Shown here one piece after another: positions 50,462 to 63,509 of a DNA stretch of 64,000 nucleotides; position 1 is the stretch's first letter; each line of letters begins with the position of its first letter. Made by a program: the position numbers and the translations under genes. Below the pieces are notes generated by a model. It made no database searches and was not told the origin of the DNA. It saw only the letters and a list, made by a program, of their open reading frames with translations. Origin of the DNA: Marsupella aquatica (taxonomy: Eukaryota; Plantae; Marchantiophyta); NCBI GenBank assembly GCA_973895155.1, contig OZ316896.1, positions 1,550,001-1,614,000 on the forward strand. Reading direction: 5' to 3'.

Positions 50462-53052
50462 AGGGCCTTAGGCAGTATAATTACTGTATAGAGCCTGTAG
50501 TTTTCCGCGAAGTCTCTATCTGAAGCAATTGATGGCCTCATAGATTCTTCCCAAGTTCCGACGCATGAAGCGCAACGTCATGTAGCACATCCATCTGCTG
50601 AATTTGCATTTCACGAAGATGCATTGATGCATGTTCGGTGGATGCTGAAAAAGAAAAAACTATGCTGGGTCGATCAAGATTTTCGAGTCGTCAAACGAAA
50701 CACGAAATCAAATACGCTGGAAGTCACCTGAGTAAACGGCCTTTTCCACTTCAGCGCATGCTTTTCCAATGATACTCGCTTTTTGTATCACATGTTGCCT
50801 AGTTTCACGCAACACATCACCCAGCCGGCCTCTGTTGAGGCAGTATATGTCTGTTACAACCTTTTGTTAATCCACTGCATGAGGCACTGCTACAATTGGT
50901 CGTGTGTGCGTGCTTTAGTAGTATGTGATAATTTGATGCTGAACGGGTGAGAGAACCCTCTGGAATTCTTAGAATGTGCAGGATCCTTCGAATTAATTCA
51001 ACTATTTGTGAAAATTTGCAAAGCTCATGTCGGATATGGATTGGGCCGGCCCACAGGCTGCTGGTTGTTGCTCTAACTGTCCGTGGATTTTGTGTTGTGA
51101 CAACCAATCAAGCCAGACGAATTCAGCAACGAAGCTTAGATTTCTTTTGACTAGACTTCAAACTTTATCACTCTATTGAAGTTGGTTGCTACTTGTAAAT
51201 TGCAACCAGTACTCGTCCAGCCTGCGATTGAGAGCCAAGACATCTAGAAGTTCGATTTGGGTGACAGGTCCTGCTTGAAGAACAGCACTCGTTTCTCAGA
51301 TTAATTGAACACGGGAAACATCATTTTCAACCGCCAATAGTTCACGAAATTCAAACTTTTTACACCCTTCTAAACTTGGGGACCGTGCCACGCTATTTAG
51401 GAGAGCTCAAATGATACTCTTTGATGTGACTTGAACACTTCTCAAATTTTGAGATCTAACAAAGGAATACCATTTCTCTTAAATATTGGAAGGCTTCACT
51501 CTGATGAAATTGTTGCCTGCCTAAGAATTCGAGCCGATCTAGACTATTGTTTAAACCTAAGACAAATGTGATATTCGTGACAGGTTGTGATGCAAACTCC
51601 GTATAAATTTTCGAGACTCTATAAAGTAAAATTACTTTCGTGGAATAAATGGAATGCCTCACTCTCTCAAAAAATTGCTGCCAGTTTTTTAGTTGGAGCT
51701 GGGAACAGTTCCAGAGAGTTTTGGAAAGCTAAGACGGTGATTTTGACGACCTGCTCAACAGATTCTAGGTTTCGAACTGAGTTAGTTCAAGAACAATTGC
51801 TGCCGCATATGTGAATGCTTAGCTTTCTTTGATTGAGAGAATTGGAAAACCAGTTGATAACATCTCGCTTTTGAATACCCTGAATTTCCATTGCTTCAAG
51901 CTTCCTGGCCTCGAACAAGTATCTTCTCTTCCATATCTGGCCGTCTGTTTCATCAATTACAAAATTGATTCAGATAAACGAAATACAAATTTCTGCTGAC
52001 AAATTCGCTACCCAAAGTTGAACATTATACAACCCGATGTGCTGCAAACCCCTTGAGAATTGAGGGTGGCATGCATGAATTGAGGGTGGCATGCATGAAT
52101 TCAAAAAAAGGAGGCGCGTACCCGCGGCACTCTCACAACAACTGCCATCCAAAACAGCTCATAAACATCTAAGACTTGAACCGCTCACCAAATATCCTTG
52201 TGTGTCTATCAGTTGTCCAAATTGGATATCTACTCCATTGGTTTCAGATGACCAGATTTAGAGAGGCTGACAGATACCGATTGACAGTACTTTACTTATG
52301 TGGTCACTGCAATTGAATTGGACGATGTGGGTTGACTTAGCTAAGAACTATTGAAAGCTAACAAAAAATTCAGGACCTTCAAATGTCCACGTACCTAAGT
52401 CAGATGATCGCCAATTTTTCGCGGTGCATATGCGGCAATCCCTCGGCCTCGAACATTGTCTCGTCAGAATTGCAACAATAATGACACAATTTCACCGGTG
52501 AAATCATCCTTTGACGAACTCGTGTGCAGAGAGCCCATGCGATCTGCTTGCAATGGAATTCATGAACCGAATCAGGACACGTTGGTCAGATGACCATGTC
52601 GAGTGAGAGCCTCCCTACCCCGAGCCTGTCGAAGGACCGGACCCATTAATTAAACCGCAGCGACTGGTACCCAAGGGTAGCCACCTGAACACCAAGTCTC
52701 AGAGACCAATGAGGCCATCTATGGAACAATGAAGACGTCGGTCAACGAGACAAACATACTCTACAATGACGAGGCCGACACTGCAGATCTAATAAATGAA
52801 TCTAATAAATGAATGATTCATGATTACGATCCGAATCTGAAGGGAAGAGGCTGAGGTCAGGCTTCCTCCATTGAGCAACAGTCACATATTGGTGCTTTGA
52901 GCAATTCCTTCCCCCAGAAAGCATCCCTTTAAGCTCAACGTGTTTTTCACTGCAGATTCATCCGGCTCGACGTAGCAGCTGTGAGTTACTTAGGAGCCTA
53001 TCGAGAGGAGCACAACCTCCAGTAAACCTGCGCCCAGGGGTGGAGCGGGGCA

Positions 53053-55380
53053 ATGGAGGTCCCCTTGTTGAGTATATTGGTGTGGTGTACGATCTCCTTA
53101 GCTTTCATGTCCCCGGCAGTTGTGCACGGCGACCCAATTAAGGTAACCTTCGATCACTGCCCGAATTCAACCTACTTGCTTGATCCACAGCACGGCAATT
53201 CCTCAGAATCCATCCAGTGCTGTCCCGTCATGCCGACTAGGCCGATCGTCAACGGGCTGCCTCCTCTATTGACGGAACACATCAGAGTTAGAAAAGCTGC
53301 GCAATGCACGGATGCAGCTTACGCTGCAAAGCTCAACAAGGCGTATGCGTTGATGCGGGGCGCGGGCGCTGCCAGAAGATGACTCACGTTCCTTCGCTCA
53401 GCAATGGCAGCTTCACTGCTCTTATTGCGGGGGTGCATTCTTGACCGTTAACAGCAGTGGATCTCCTCAGGGAATTGACATCCACTGGAGCTGGCTATTC
53501 TTTCCATGGCACAGGTACGTCAAATCATTACCTGCACCACTACACCAATGTCATCGATTCCAGACCAGTCTAGTCCTTGAAACATTCAGCAGCTGTTAAA
53601 AAAAGTAATGTTTCAATTGAAGGATAAATTAGACAGTTTCACAGATGTTTGCGGGTACACAGTCGCTACAATAATTTTTCCTTACAGGGTTAATTACGAT
53701 TCTCAAGGAAGTTTGAATTCGATCTCGATCACTGAGAAGCTGATAATTGTTGCAACCAATGAATATATGCAGGTGGTTCTTGTACTTCCACGAGAGGATC
53801 CTGCAGTCTCTCCTGGGAGACCCCGACTTCAGCCTCAATTACTGGAACTGGGATGCTCCCTACAGTGTAGGAGATGGCTCTTCCAAGAATGGAGCTTGCC
53901 TGAAACAAGGACATGACTTCCCAGCCTTCTACGCCGACACTTCTCCGCCGCATACGATGTCAATCGATCTGCGAATGCTAAGGGATATGGCCGTCTGCAC
54001 TTCCCCGATATCAGTTACACCCCTGTCACACCTGCAATAACACAGGTTCTCTTCAACGCATCTGGAGAAGACATCATTGAAAGTAATCTGAACATATTGT
54101 ACCAGGCATTGGTGAGCGGCGGAACATCGAAAGAAACCTTCATGGGTCGGCCTTATCGCGCAGGAAACGCGTCAGGTGTGTATATAAACCGATCGATCTG
54201 ACTGAGAAAACTCTTCACAGAAGCTACTTTAAGCCAGCCATAAAGAAAACAAGACTTTCTACCATCCCTAGGTAGCGTTAATTACAAACAATTTGACTCT
54301 TTCCTAAAGAGCTTATTCGAATCATATCTTGAGCGCTTGCAATCCCAACGATGTCGGCTAACTATTGATTGGTTTTGAATTCACTGGCACTGGAGGCCCA
54401 AATGGAGGTGCTGGAACGCTAGAACTTGGTGCTCACTCTGGTGTTCATTCCTGGATCGGAACAGACCCGCCAGGCAACGACATGGGCCAGCTTTCACGGT
54501 CAGCCCGTGACCCTGCCTTCTTCGCTCATCACATCAACATCGATCGTATGTGGCAGGTACGTCAGTTAATTAGCTCGAGATAATTGATTATCGAATACCA
54601 GATGTGATTAATTTCTATGGTCAAGGACTGGTAAATTTTGCAGAATTAAGTTGCTTGTTCAGCTCGTGAAAGCTGATATATTTCCGTGGTTGGCTAAAAC
54701 AGGTATGGAAAGATATCGGGCCAGTACTAGGTCAGACTCATGAGGACTACTCGGACCCTGACTTTCTGAATGCTGAGTTTCTGTTTTACGATGAAAACAA
54801 GGATCTGAGAAGAGTGAGGGTAGGAGACTCGTTAGACTCGAAAAAGTTGGGATATGTTTATCAAGGCGCTAATGATGCACCATGGGTCTTCTTCAACACT
54901 ACCAAGTGTAATAAGCTTAGTTACAACGAACTTATTGCCCAAGCCGAAACCTTGCCAGTGCCAAGCAAAGACTCGAGAGGATACTACCACCTTGACGGCG
55001 GTAAGACATTCACTATGGTGGTGGACAGACCAGAGAATCCACACGACCTTGAAGAGTTCCTCACCATTGATGGAATCAAACTCGACAGATCTTGGAACAC
55101 AGGGTTCGACGTGTTTGTGGATTGGCTGAACCCGGCCGAGTATTCAGTGCGAACCAAATGCGCAGAATTCTCTGGGAGATTCACCAACTTGGTTCAGAGC
55201 CGATCTGCTACTGAAGGGAAACCGGATTTGGACTGGAAGCAAAGTATTTCCAGAACACTAGACGATATTGAAGCTCCAGCAGGCCCTTCAAAGGTCGTCA
55301 TCACTCTCGTGCCTATGTATCGAAAGGAAGACCCAGATGAGACCTTGATCAAATTCAAATTCATCACGATTGACATTTGA
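53053..55380 (+). pseudogene. PPO: Polyphenol oxidase (type-3 copper, PPO) with signal peptide; frameshifted pseudogene
   Basis: Exons ~53053-53514, 53773-54175, ~54387-54556, 54703-55380. CuA motifs HCSYC / IHWSW / FFPWHR, YWNWD, CuB motifs HSGVH..DPAFFAHHINIDRMW, plus DWL-like (DPDFLNAEFLFYDE) and KFDV-like (GFDVFV) domains. A 7-bp insertion at 53359-65 gives TGA at 53380, and a second frameshift lies at ~53943. Confidence 0.9.
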
Positions 55381-57489
55381 AGAAGGGCGACTTCAGTGAC
55401 GATATATCTGTACCCGATTCTTAAACTTCATCATAGAATTGTACGATGATGAATGTTCCGTCGTTTCTCCTCACCTACATATATGGTTAAATCTCCAGAG
55501 AGCCAGAATGGCTCCCACAAGTAGACCTTTGACATTTAGCATCACCGTTTTGTCACGCACGCTCCTCATAAATTCAGCTACATCAAATAAATGGGTAGAG
55601 TTTCACTAGAGCAGAAACTGGTGGAAGATCAGAAGATCCTACATTAGATTGGCAAAGAAAATCAGTGCATAATTGGGTAGAGTTTCTATGGATTTTCTAG
55701 ATTCTTTGTGCCTAGGTAAGCAATAGACAGAGAATGATTACAACTTCAATAAATTACACAATTTCTGGCTCAAGTTTCTTAATGATCACTGAAATTGTTG
55801 ATAGGAAAAGACAATCAGCGGTGTCCACTGAGAGATTAAATGCATGAGATAAGTCAGATTGAACCTGAGTGCTGAAAATACATATACGCAGCCAGTACTT
55901 TCTCCCCTCAACAAGTTTCATACACGAAGCTAAAATAACGGAGGCGTAATTACTGGAGTGAGTCCTGACCGTAAGTGGCTGAATGAATGCTGTGCATGGG
56001 AAGCAATGGTGTGCTGAAGAGAATCCTTGCACAGGATGATGATCATGGATTGAAGTTCTAACAGTTTTAATGTAGTCAGGATGGGCACATCACGCTGTTA
56101 CTAGTACAACGAATTCAAACACTTCACGGATTTGGACCACCACTCGAGATATGGGATCGAATTGATAACTAGTCAGAGTGCAAGTTACACTAAATGTCAA
56201 TTGGCTTTTCCAAGGAAAAATAAGGTTTCACAAAATTTCAAAAGTATGATAACTGGTCGGAATCCGTGGATCACACAAATCTAGCCACGGTGTCAAACTT
56301 TAATTAGCCTATACTAACTCGGCTTGGATCATGGTGAGAACCTTTCATGAAACCTACACTAGGGTGTTGAAAACTGGCACGTAAATCTCGCTTACGTAGT
56401 CAAGTAGGATGACCAGGCTCCCTTATGTTAAAGTGGGCTGCTTCAGTGAAGCCAATAATGTTGTTGTGTACGGGAACGTCAAATGAAGTATGAACACTAG
56501 TTTCAACACTTCCTTGATTGACGTGCAGATCTAGTCATTCAGGTGACTCGCATTCGATTCCTGTCAACCATAATAGTTCGTGAAAACTATGCGGCTCTTG
56601 ACGAAGTAGCAACAGTTGGAGAACTTCAACACCTTTCTCTTTATTCTACACAATTCGCTCTAGAAATTTCTTGATTAGCAATTACCAGCAACCAACTTAT
56701 CAAAGGAGTAGCATTTACTTCAGACTGCAAGTAGCTCTGTGAGTTTCTTCCTATGCAGAGGGTCTCTGTCCAGTTAGCTACTAGCAAAGTTTCGAGCAAG
56801 CTATGATCGCAAAGTTCGAGGAAGCTATGATCGCAAAGTTGCTTGTAGCTAACTTTGCTACTAGCTTCGTTTTATGGGAGCCAGAGTCCTGTAGTCCCAT
56901 AAAAAGAAGGGGAAAAGAATTTGTCACTGTTTTGAAGTACCCATCGTGGCCTGAAAAGAGATTCAATGAACGAACAAAAGACATTGCCAAAATTGAAAGC
57001 TATAATTAAAATTTCAACAGTCACGTCACATGTGTGCAAGATGGGTCTTCCCACACCTGTTGGGAAGTACTTGCAGCCATCCAAAACCAAGAATCTTTTT
57101 CAAGGAATAAGTCGAATGTATTTTTACTCAATGAACTTCTTGCTCCACACTAGAAATTGAGACGCATGCCCACTCCAGGGCATATCGCTCAAGACCTTAC
57201 ATTTACTATACCCCTGCTACAACAGGCTAATCTAATTGATAGGGGAAACATGATAGTCTATGTTGTGTGCAATGGAGTGATCTGCTTAAAGCAAGACCAT
57301 CATCTGCAAGATCACCTGCATCAGAAATGAGTCGCAAGCCTCGTACAGCAATAATATTGGTCAAGGGAAATGACTGTTGACCTGTTGAACTATCCAAACA
57401 CTGAAGTGACTTCCTTCGAGAGTCGATTGCTCTTTCTGAGAGGGAACAGCTCGCCAACATTCTTCTTCAACCGCTAAACCCAAAACCCT

Positions 57490-58535
57490 GTCACGCCCCA
57501 CGAACAATCTAGTGATACTTTAGACGGATTCTCGGGACCAGACTTGGGTCTCCAACGACGCTCTTACCCGCTTGTAAGTTCATGAAGAAAAGGTGATGGA
57601 TACTTTGAGGACTGAACTCGAAAGCAAAATCCTAACACTTGATGTGTAACTTGCAACCCACAGTCCACGCCGTAATCAGGCTGCCCCTTTGCCCTCAGCT
57701 AACTGAAGCACGGCTCGTCGACGATTGCTTCAAAAAGATCGAGCATGGCCCTGGATCGCAAGGATTGCTGACCCAAATCTTGTTCCAGTTGCTTGTACAT
57801 CTCAACGACTAAATTGTCCTCGGACTCACATCCGCATCAGAAACAAATGAATTGACCGGCAGCTTGTAAACCAATTCCTTGGGCCCTAATTCAGGAGGCA
57901 AGACCTTGGAAACGAGAGCCTCCACGAAGATCTTCGAGATGCTGATCTTTCACTGATTCCACTCGGAATAAACTTCCCTTCTCTCACGTACATAGGGCCT
58001 GTCCAGGAGAACGACAGCTTGCCCTCATTGTCTCCTTGAATTTCTCCCAAACAACTCTGTCACCCATTCTTCAGCGGTTCACCGCAAGAACAGTCAATCC
58101 GCCCTGCTGTATAGTACTTGTTGTCGAGTTCAAACATTTTCCCTCTCATATCCACACCTTTCGCCATGGGTACCCCCAAACATTTTCCCTCTCGTATCCA
58201 CACCTTTCGCCATGGGTACCCCCAAACATTCCTTCTTTCCCCAAGAAAACGTGTGAAATGGATGCTTATTAGGGTCAGCGGTATAATACTGTAGTTGCAG
58301 GTCGACAACTATCACTTTGAAGAACCTGATTGAACTCCAAATCTATTGCCTGGACTTCACGATTCATGGCTTCAGCCTCACCAAGAGGAGACACGAAAAA
58401 CTGGGAAAACCTGTCGAGAACAGACTTGAGGTGATTGTGGTTGACATCAAAGTGATAGCGTGTATACTCTGTTCAGTAAAAGCATTCGATCCACCCCCAT
58501 CTTGTGTCTTGGTAAGGAAATTAAAATCCAAACTC
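57490..58535 (-). pseudogene. Intronless, internally deleted nardilysin-like / insulinase (peptidase M16A) pseudogene
   Basis: Minus-strand translation across frameshifts gives GGSNAFTE..YHFDVNHNHLKSVLDRFSQFFVSPL..EAMNREVQAIDLEFNQVLQSDSCR..HPFHTFSWG. It then jumps to the C-terminal VVEMY..QLEQD..RAMLDLFEAIVDEPCFS*LRAK..DCG..THQVLGFCFRVQSSKY. Confidence 0.85.
58131..58230. repeat. 46-bp tandem duplication inside the M16 pseudogene
   Basis: CAAACATTTTCCCTCTC.TATCCACACCTTTCGCCATGGGTACCCC x2. Confidence 0.93.
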
Positions 58536-58616
58536 GCATGAAATTTGGGTTCCTACCGTGAAAAAGGGGGAAAAATAGAAAAATAAAATAGTAAGAGTGA
58601 AAACAGTTAAAGTCTT

Positions 58617-58949
58617 TGTTAGGTTAACTCTAGTGTGGGGTTATTTTAGTTACTTAGGGTAATTCATCATTAGGGTGTTAATGGTAATTAGACTCAACTC
58701 TAATATATAGAGTGACAAGACCGAGCTCATCTTGGAGACTCATGCTCATTGTTACCAGGCTAAGTGCTATGAAAAACATTCTTGGAAAGCTTGTGCTATG
58801 TATTTTTGGTAATGACCTATGAGCCTAAAGTATAATAAAACTCTTGTTTGACCCCTGGACATTAGCCTCAGTGAGCCACATATCTCTCTTGTGTTGGTGT
58901 GCTTGATAGTTGCTTGTCTCATGTGTATGATGTCCCGGATTGCCCAACA
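58617..58949 (+). mobile_element. Old solo LTR (copia-related)
   Basis: TGTTAGG...CCCAACA, 333 bp. The internal motif AAACTCTTG..CCCTGGAC.TAGCCTCA.GTGAGCCACATATCTC resembles the other LTRs. The TSD is degenerate (GTCTT/TTGTT). Confidence 0.65.
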
Positions 58950-61043
58950 TTGTTACCAGGTATTATAGGCAATAATAGCCTCTCAAAACTTCAGCTAACC
59001 CTCCCTTTTTTAGCAATGCAGTCCACAATGCCCTAGAAGCAGAGCGTTACATGTATTTAAGACTCTTTGTGACTTTTCTCTTTGTAATTTTTGTTGCTTG
59101 TAAGGAGAAGAATGCATAGCCCAGATTGGATTGGGGCATTAGGAAAGTTATCATCTACTTTTATTAAAAATGGTAAAATAAAAAATCTCTTAGACCCTTA
59201 AGTGTATTGACTGCCACAAGATCATTGTGTACAATAATAACCCCTCCAAAGGTGAGTTTTGACAAGGAGACTAAATGTGTGCACCTTATAATGAGCTACG
59301 GGTTATACAGGTACCACTTGAGATGTACCACTTGGCCCCACTCCTAAGGTTATAACACGTGGTTGTTAGCCGGTCGAGGCACCCTCATCCTCGTCTATCG
59401 TTGCCATTCTTGGTGGATATGATGAGTGAAGCCAAGCAACCAGATTGATATCGAGCTTCGCATTTTTAAATCGCAGGCAATCCAATCTCACAGACCGGTC
59501 AAGCCCAATTTCACTTGAAGGCAAGGCAAGGCCAGGCAAGGCAAGGCACGGATCGGAGAAAGGTTGGCGAGCTTTGCAAGACCTTCTTCAGTTTAGGACA
59601 TTCGAACAAGAGTGGTGTTACTTAGTTGATACTGCAGTCCCCCAACAAGTGTTTTCCGTATGTGGCCTAAGATTATTAAAATGCTTTCGCGGACTGAGGA
59701 GTGGCTTCACTGCACTGACCGATTCTCCAGTTCGAGGATTTTCTGGATTGCAAAAGAACGAAGACGTTGATGTTATCCATCAGTTCTCAAGCTTTCAGCT
59801 TGTTTTTGCACCGGACTGATGAATCAGAGATTGAGGCTTCTCGACTCATCTTTGACAAGGAGAGGACAATTAATTTATGTTGGTTTTCCCTCTCGACGAG
59901 GAATTTGACAGAGTTCAGGTGGAGTTTGAAAACCTATCTTTGCAAACTCATGCCACCTTTGGAAGTGAACTTTGATAATTGGTATCATAGCAAATGACAT
60001 ATTTGGTTTGCGTTTTCCTTCATTCTTGTTTGCGATCAACTAAGCTGTAGAAGTTCGGGCAGGAACTTTACATTTGTTGTGTCAGCGAAGCCTTTGCAAG
60101 CCCTATTTTATTGGTTTACTTTCATTCAGACGATGAGTTTTTCTAACCAAAACAGATTTTGCATGGATGAATTACTTTTAACGTCGAGCCTCTTATGACA
60201 TCCCCTTCTCATCCTCACATCGCTCTGCTTCAATTTGGGTCCTACAAGTTTGTGGGCAACAGATTATTTAGTTCCACTAAGGTTATATACAGCAGCTGCA
60301 TTCTCTCTAGACTCAATAGGGCTAGGCAGGACACAGAGCACTTGGGTACACTGGTGTCTGAATGCTTACCAGGGACCTCAAATCTACCACTGCACCACTT
60401 GTGACGTTTCCGTGCAGGCATTTCCAGCTGATGTTGTATCGCTTTCACATTATTGTGCTTCCTCGCCTGCACCTGAACGAGTTCGCAGATGTGTCCGTCG
60501 AGATATCATAGCATCTCATCTACCTTGGCAGCGTTCATTGTGTGTTCTCTCCAATTGGAATGAATTTCAACGTCGTTCAGGAAAATTCTTTAAGCAACTG
60601 AGGGTTTTAGGTTTAGGGTGCTGTGTCTTTGGCTTTCCCACAAGAGTTTGTCTTTGAAGGAGTAAATTTTATGAAGAAAATTTACTGCGTGAGAGTACGG
60701 CAGCCTGAGCTAGGGGTCCATGCCCACAAAGTTTTGATGTTAACAAATAAGTCTCGTGTTTATTCTCGTTCCTTTTTCCTTCAATTGATTTTATTCTTTC
60801 TGGACCCACGAAGCAGATGGCGAACATGGAGTCTGAAGACGCATAATATGCCTGTGCAACTGACAGACCATATGCCATGGTGGAGCGTACTTCCGCTTCA
60901 TCTTCACTCCTGCGCTGCATATTGGACTGGGCGAGCTTCCAAAGAACTGTTACCCGCTTAATCATGCGGGAGCAGTTTCGTACAACAAGGGCAGACAGCA
61001 CAGGCATTCTTCCGGTCGGTTCTCGTTGTTGTCACAAACTTCA

Positions 61044-63509
61044 ATGTTAACGTTCTCGGTGAACAGAGTAATCAACAAGAACAAGCTTTACCTCGTTCAG
61101 TGCTTCCTGACTGGAGCATTGTCAATCAGAGAAGCCCGCCTTTGCAAGAAATCGAATGCCCAGTTTCCTTATTCATTACAAATCCGAAAGTCATCTTCGA
61201 CAGTGAGCTTCCATCCACCCAACCAGAAGTGGACTCCAAACTCTTTGGCTTTTACATTGCCAAATCTTGAATCCAATGGTTCAGAGACCAGAACGCGGTG
61301 GTTTACTGGGAGCTTTTCACTCCGAGGTATGCTAACGCACGCCTCTAATGCAGCTAAGGATGGACTTGCACATATTGGGGCAGGAGATTGTGCATCACAT
61401 GCACTCTGCCCAACTGCACCGGCCAGCAAGATGTCTTTGGAACAGCATCGGAGAAGAGATGGCTGCAATCACTCTGTACTTCAGAAATTGGTCAGGAGCA
61501 GATTACCTTCTGATGGAGACGTAGCCGAAAAGAGACTTCCAGTCGTCCATCGGAGTTTGGAAACTGTCAACCTAACGTTGCCAGAGAAGGGGCCTCGGCG
61601 AGTGTCAACTTCTCATGACGTGGTCCGCACATTGAGGGCGCAAACCGATGTGAAATCGGCTCTGCTGTTCTTTGAATGGGCTGGAAAGCAGGCTGGATAC
61701 GAGCATTCTCCTGCTACTTTCTGCGCTCTAATTGACATCTTGGGTGCTGCAAGGGATTTCGATTCTCTTAAGCAACTGACGGTGGAGATGGAAAGGACGA
61801 ACTGCGTGACTTCTGGCACAGTCCTAGCAGCACTGGCGAGGGCGTATTGCCAGGGTGAAATGTTTGAAGAAGCCCTTGAATGTGTGAGGAAAATGCACGA
61901 TCTAGGCTATCGCCCACGGCCGCCTCAATGTAACAAACTCCTCGAGGTTCTCGTGAAAGCAGGGCATTCTGATAAAGCTTACGTTATTTATGAGCAAATG
62001 CTGATCATCGGGTGCCGACCCGATTCTTCCACCTTCAATATTCTCATGAATGGTTTCGGAAAAGCTGGCAAGCTTGAAATGACGGGAAAGTTGATTAAAG
62101 AGATGAAAGACAAATGTTGCGAGCCAACTGTGGTAACCTTTGGAGTCCTCGTGAATGTTCTTTGCAAGGCTGGATTGCAGGATGAGGCATACGCTCTGTT
62201 CACCTCGAACAAGGCTCTGGCGAACGTGGTAGTCTACAATACAATGCTACATGGGCTGGGCAAGATAGGACGCATTCAACAAGCTCTGAAGCTCTTTAAA
62301 GAGATGGAGGCGAAGGGTTTTACCCCTCAAGTAAAAACTGTGAATATAGTCATACGAAGTCTTGGCCATGCAAAGAGGGTTGACGACGCATGGCATCTTT
62401 TTAAAGAAATGACCTCTAAGGGTTTGGTCCCGGATTTGTTTACATATAATGTGATGCTTAGAATTTTAATAAAGGTTGCTAGAGTGGACGAGGCATTAAA
62501 ACTTCTGGAAGAGATGACTAGAAGAAGGTGCATGCCTGATATTGTGACATATGGCACTCTCCTTTGTGGACTCAGAGACATAGGTGAGGTCGATGATGCT
62601 CGGAAGCTGTTTGAACTGATGAGAGTTACTGGGGTGAAACCTAATGTCATTGTCTATGATGCTCTGATTGGTGCTCTATGCCAGGGAGGTAAACTCGATG
62701 AAGGTATCAGGATGTTCAATGAAATGATCGCAGATGGCTGCACACCTGACGAGGTTGTTTGTGTAACGATATTTGGCAATTTATTGAAGGCAGGTAGAGT
62801 TTATGAAGCTCAACAGCTCTTTGATAGGATGGATAACAAGGATGTGCAGATGTACTTGATGGCTTACAACACTGCTCTTCACGGACTGGGGAAGTCAGGA
62901 AAAGGGGAAAGGCTGTGGAGTCTGTTCCAAGAAATGCTACGCACTGGCTGCCAGCCAGATGTGATCACATACAACACTCTCATTGCCCACCTTGGCAAAT
63001 CCGGAAATGTGGATGGAGCCTACCAGTTGTTCTTTGACATGCAAGTTTCAGGTTGCAGTCCAGATGTGGTTAGTTACAGCACCCTTATTGATGTACTTTG
63101 CAGAGAAGGAAGGACTGTGCAAGCGTTGGAGCTGTTTGAAGATATGAATGACAGGGGGATAGCTCCAAATGTAGTTACATATGGATCAATCATTAAGGGT
63201 CTTTGCCGGGCAGGCCAGTTTAAGAGGGCCCACTCGATTTACAAGAAAATGATGGACCAGGGATGCCTACCGAACGAGATCGCGTATAATACTCTGATAC
63301 GAGGCTTTAGCGGTTCTCCTGAACATGTTGATGAGTGCTATGTTCTGTTCAAAGAAATGACAGACAAAGGTTACTTGTCCAATCATCTTACATCACGCCT
63401 GCTCGTGAAATCTCTCAAGAAGGCGGGAAAGCTGGATGAGGTACACTTTGTGAGGTTGAGATCGTCCAAAGTCAGAAGGGCAAACAGCTCGGTAGCTGAT
63501 GCGCTGTGA
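61044..63509 (+). CDS. P-class pentatricopeptide repeat (PPR) protein
   Basis: Intronless ORF with SALLFFEWAGKQAGYEHSPATF followed by roughly 16-17 35-aa repeats (e.g. PDVITYNTLIAHLGKSGNVDGAYQLFFDMQVSGCS). No E/DYW domain. The true start is uncertain (ATG at 61044, 61329 or 61431). Confidence 0.93.
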   Translation: MLTFSVNRVINKNKLYLVQCFLTGALSIREARLCKKSNAQFPYSLQIRKSSSTVSFHPPNQKWTPNSLAFTLPNLESNGSETRTRWFTGSFSLRGMLTHASNAAKDGLAHIGAGDCASHALCPTAPASKMSLEQHRRRDGCNHSVLQKLVRSRLPSDGDVAEKRLPVVHRSLETVNLTLPEKGPRRVSTSHDVVRTLRAQTDVKSALLFFEWAGKQAGYEHSPATFCALIDILGAARDFDSLKQLTVEMERTNCVTSGTVLAALARAYCQGEMFEEALECVRKMHDLGYRPRPPQCNKLLEVLVKAGHSDKAYVIYEQMLIIGCRPDSSTFNILMNGFGKAGKLEMTGKLIKEMKDKCCEPTVVTFGVLVNVLCKAGLQDEAYALFTSNKALANVVVYNTMLHGLGKIGRIQQALKLFKEMEAKGFTPQVKTVNIVIRSLGHAKRVDDAWHLFKEMTSKGLVPDLFTYNVMLRILIKVARVDEALKLLEEMTRRRCMPDIVTYGTLLCGLRDIGEVDDARKLFELMRVTGVKPNVIVYDALIGALCQGGKLDEGIRMFNEMIADGCTPDEVVCVTIFGNLLKAGRVYEAQQLFDRMDNKDVQMYLMAYNTALHGLGKSGKGERLWSLFQEMLRTGCQPDVITYNTLIAHLGKSGNVDGAYQLFFDMQVSGCSPDVVSYSTLIDVLCREGRTVQALELFEDMNDRGIAPNVVTYGSIIKGLCRAGQFKRAHSIYKKMMDQGCLPNEIAYNTLIRGFSGSPEHVDECYVLFKEMTDKGYLSNHLTSRLLVKSLKKAGKLDEVHFVRLRSSKVRRANSSVADAL

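Noticed and set aside
53359-53945. Two PPO frameshifts as mutually compensating or programmed events
   Set aside because: A TGA at 53380 intervenes, the CuA site lies in the shifted segment, and no slippery-site context was seen.
26089-55380. MES + PPO + BTB as a biosynthetic gene cluster
   Set aside because: No scaffold-forming enzyme is present, PPO and one MES are pseudogenes, and no shared pathway can be supported from sequence alone.
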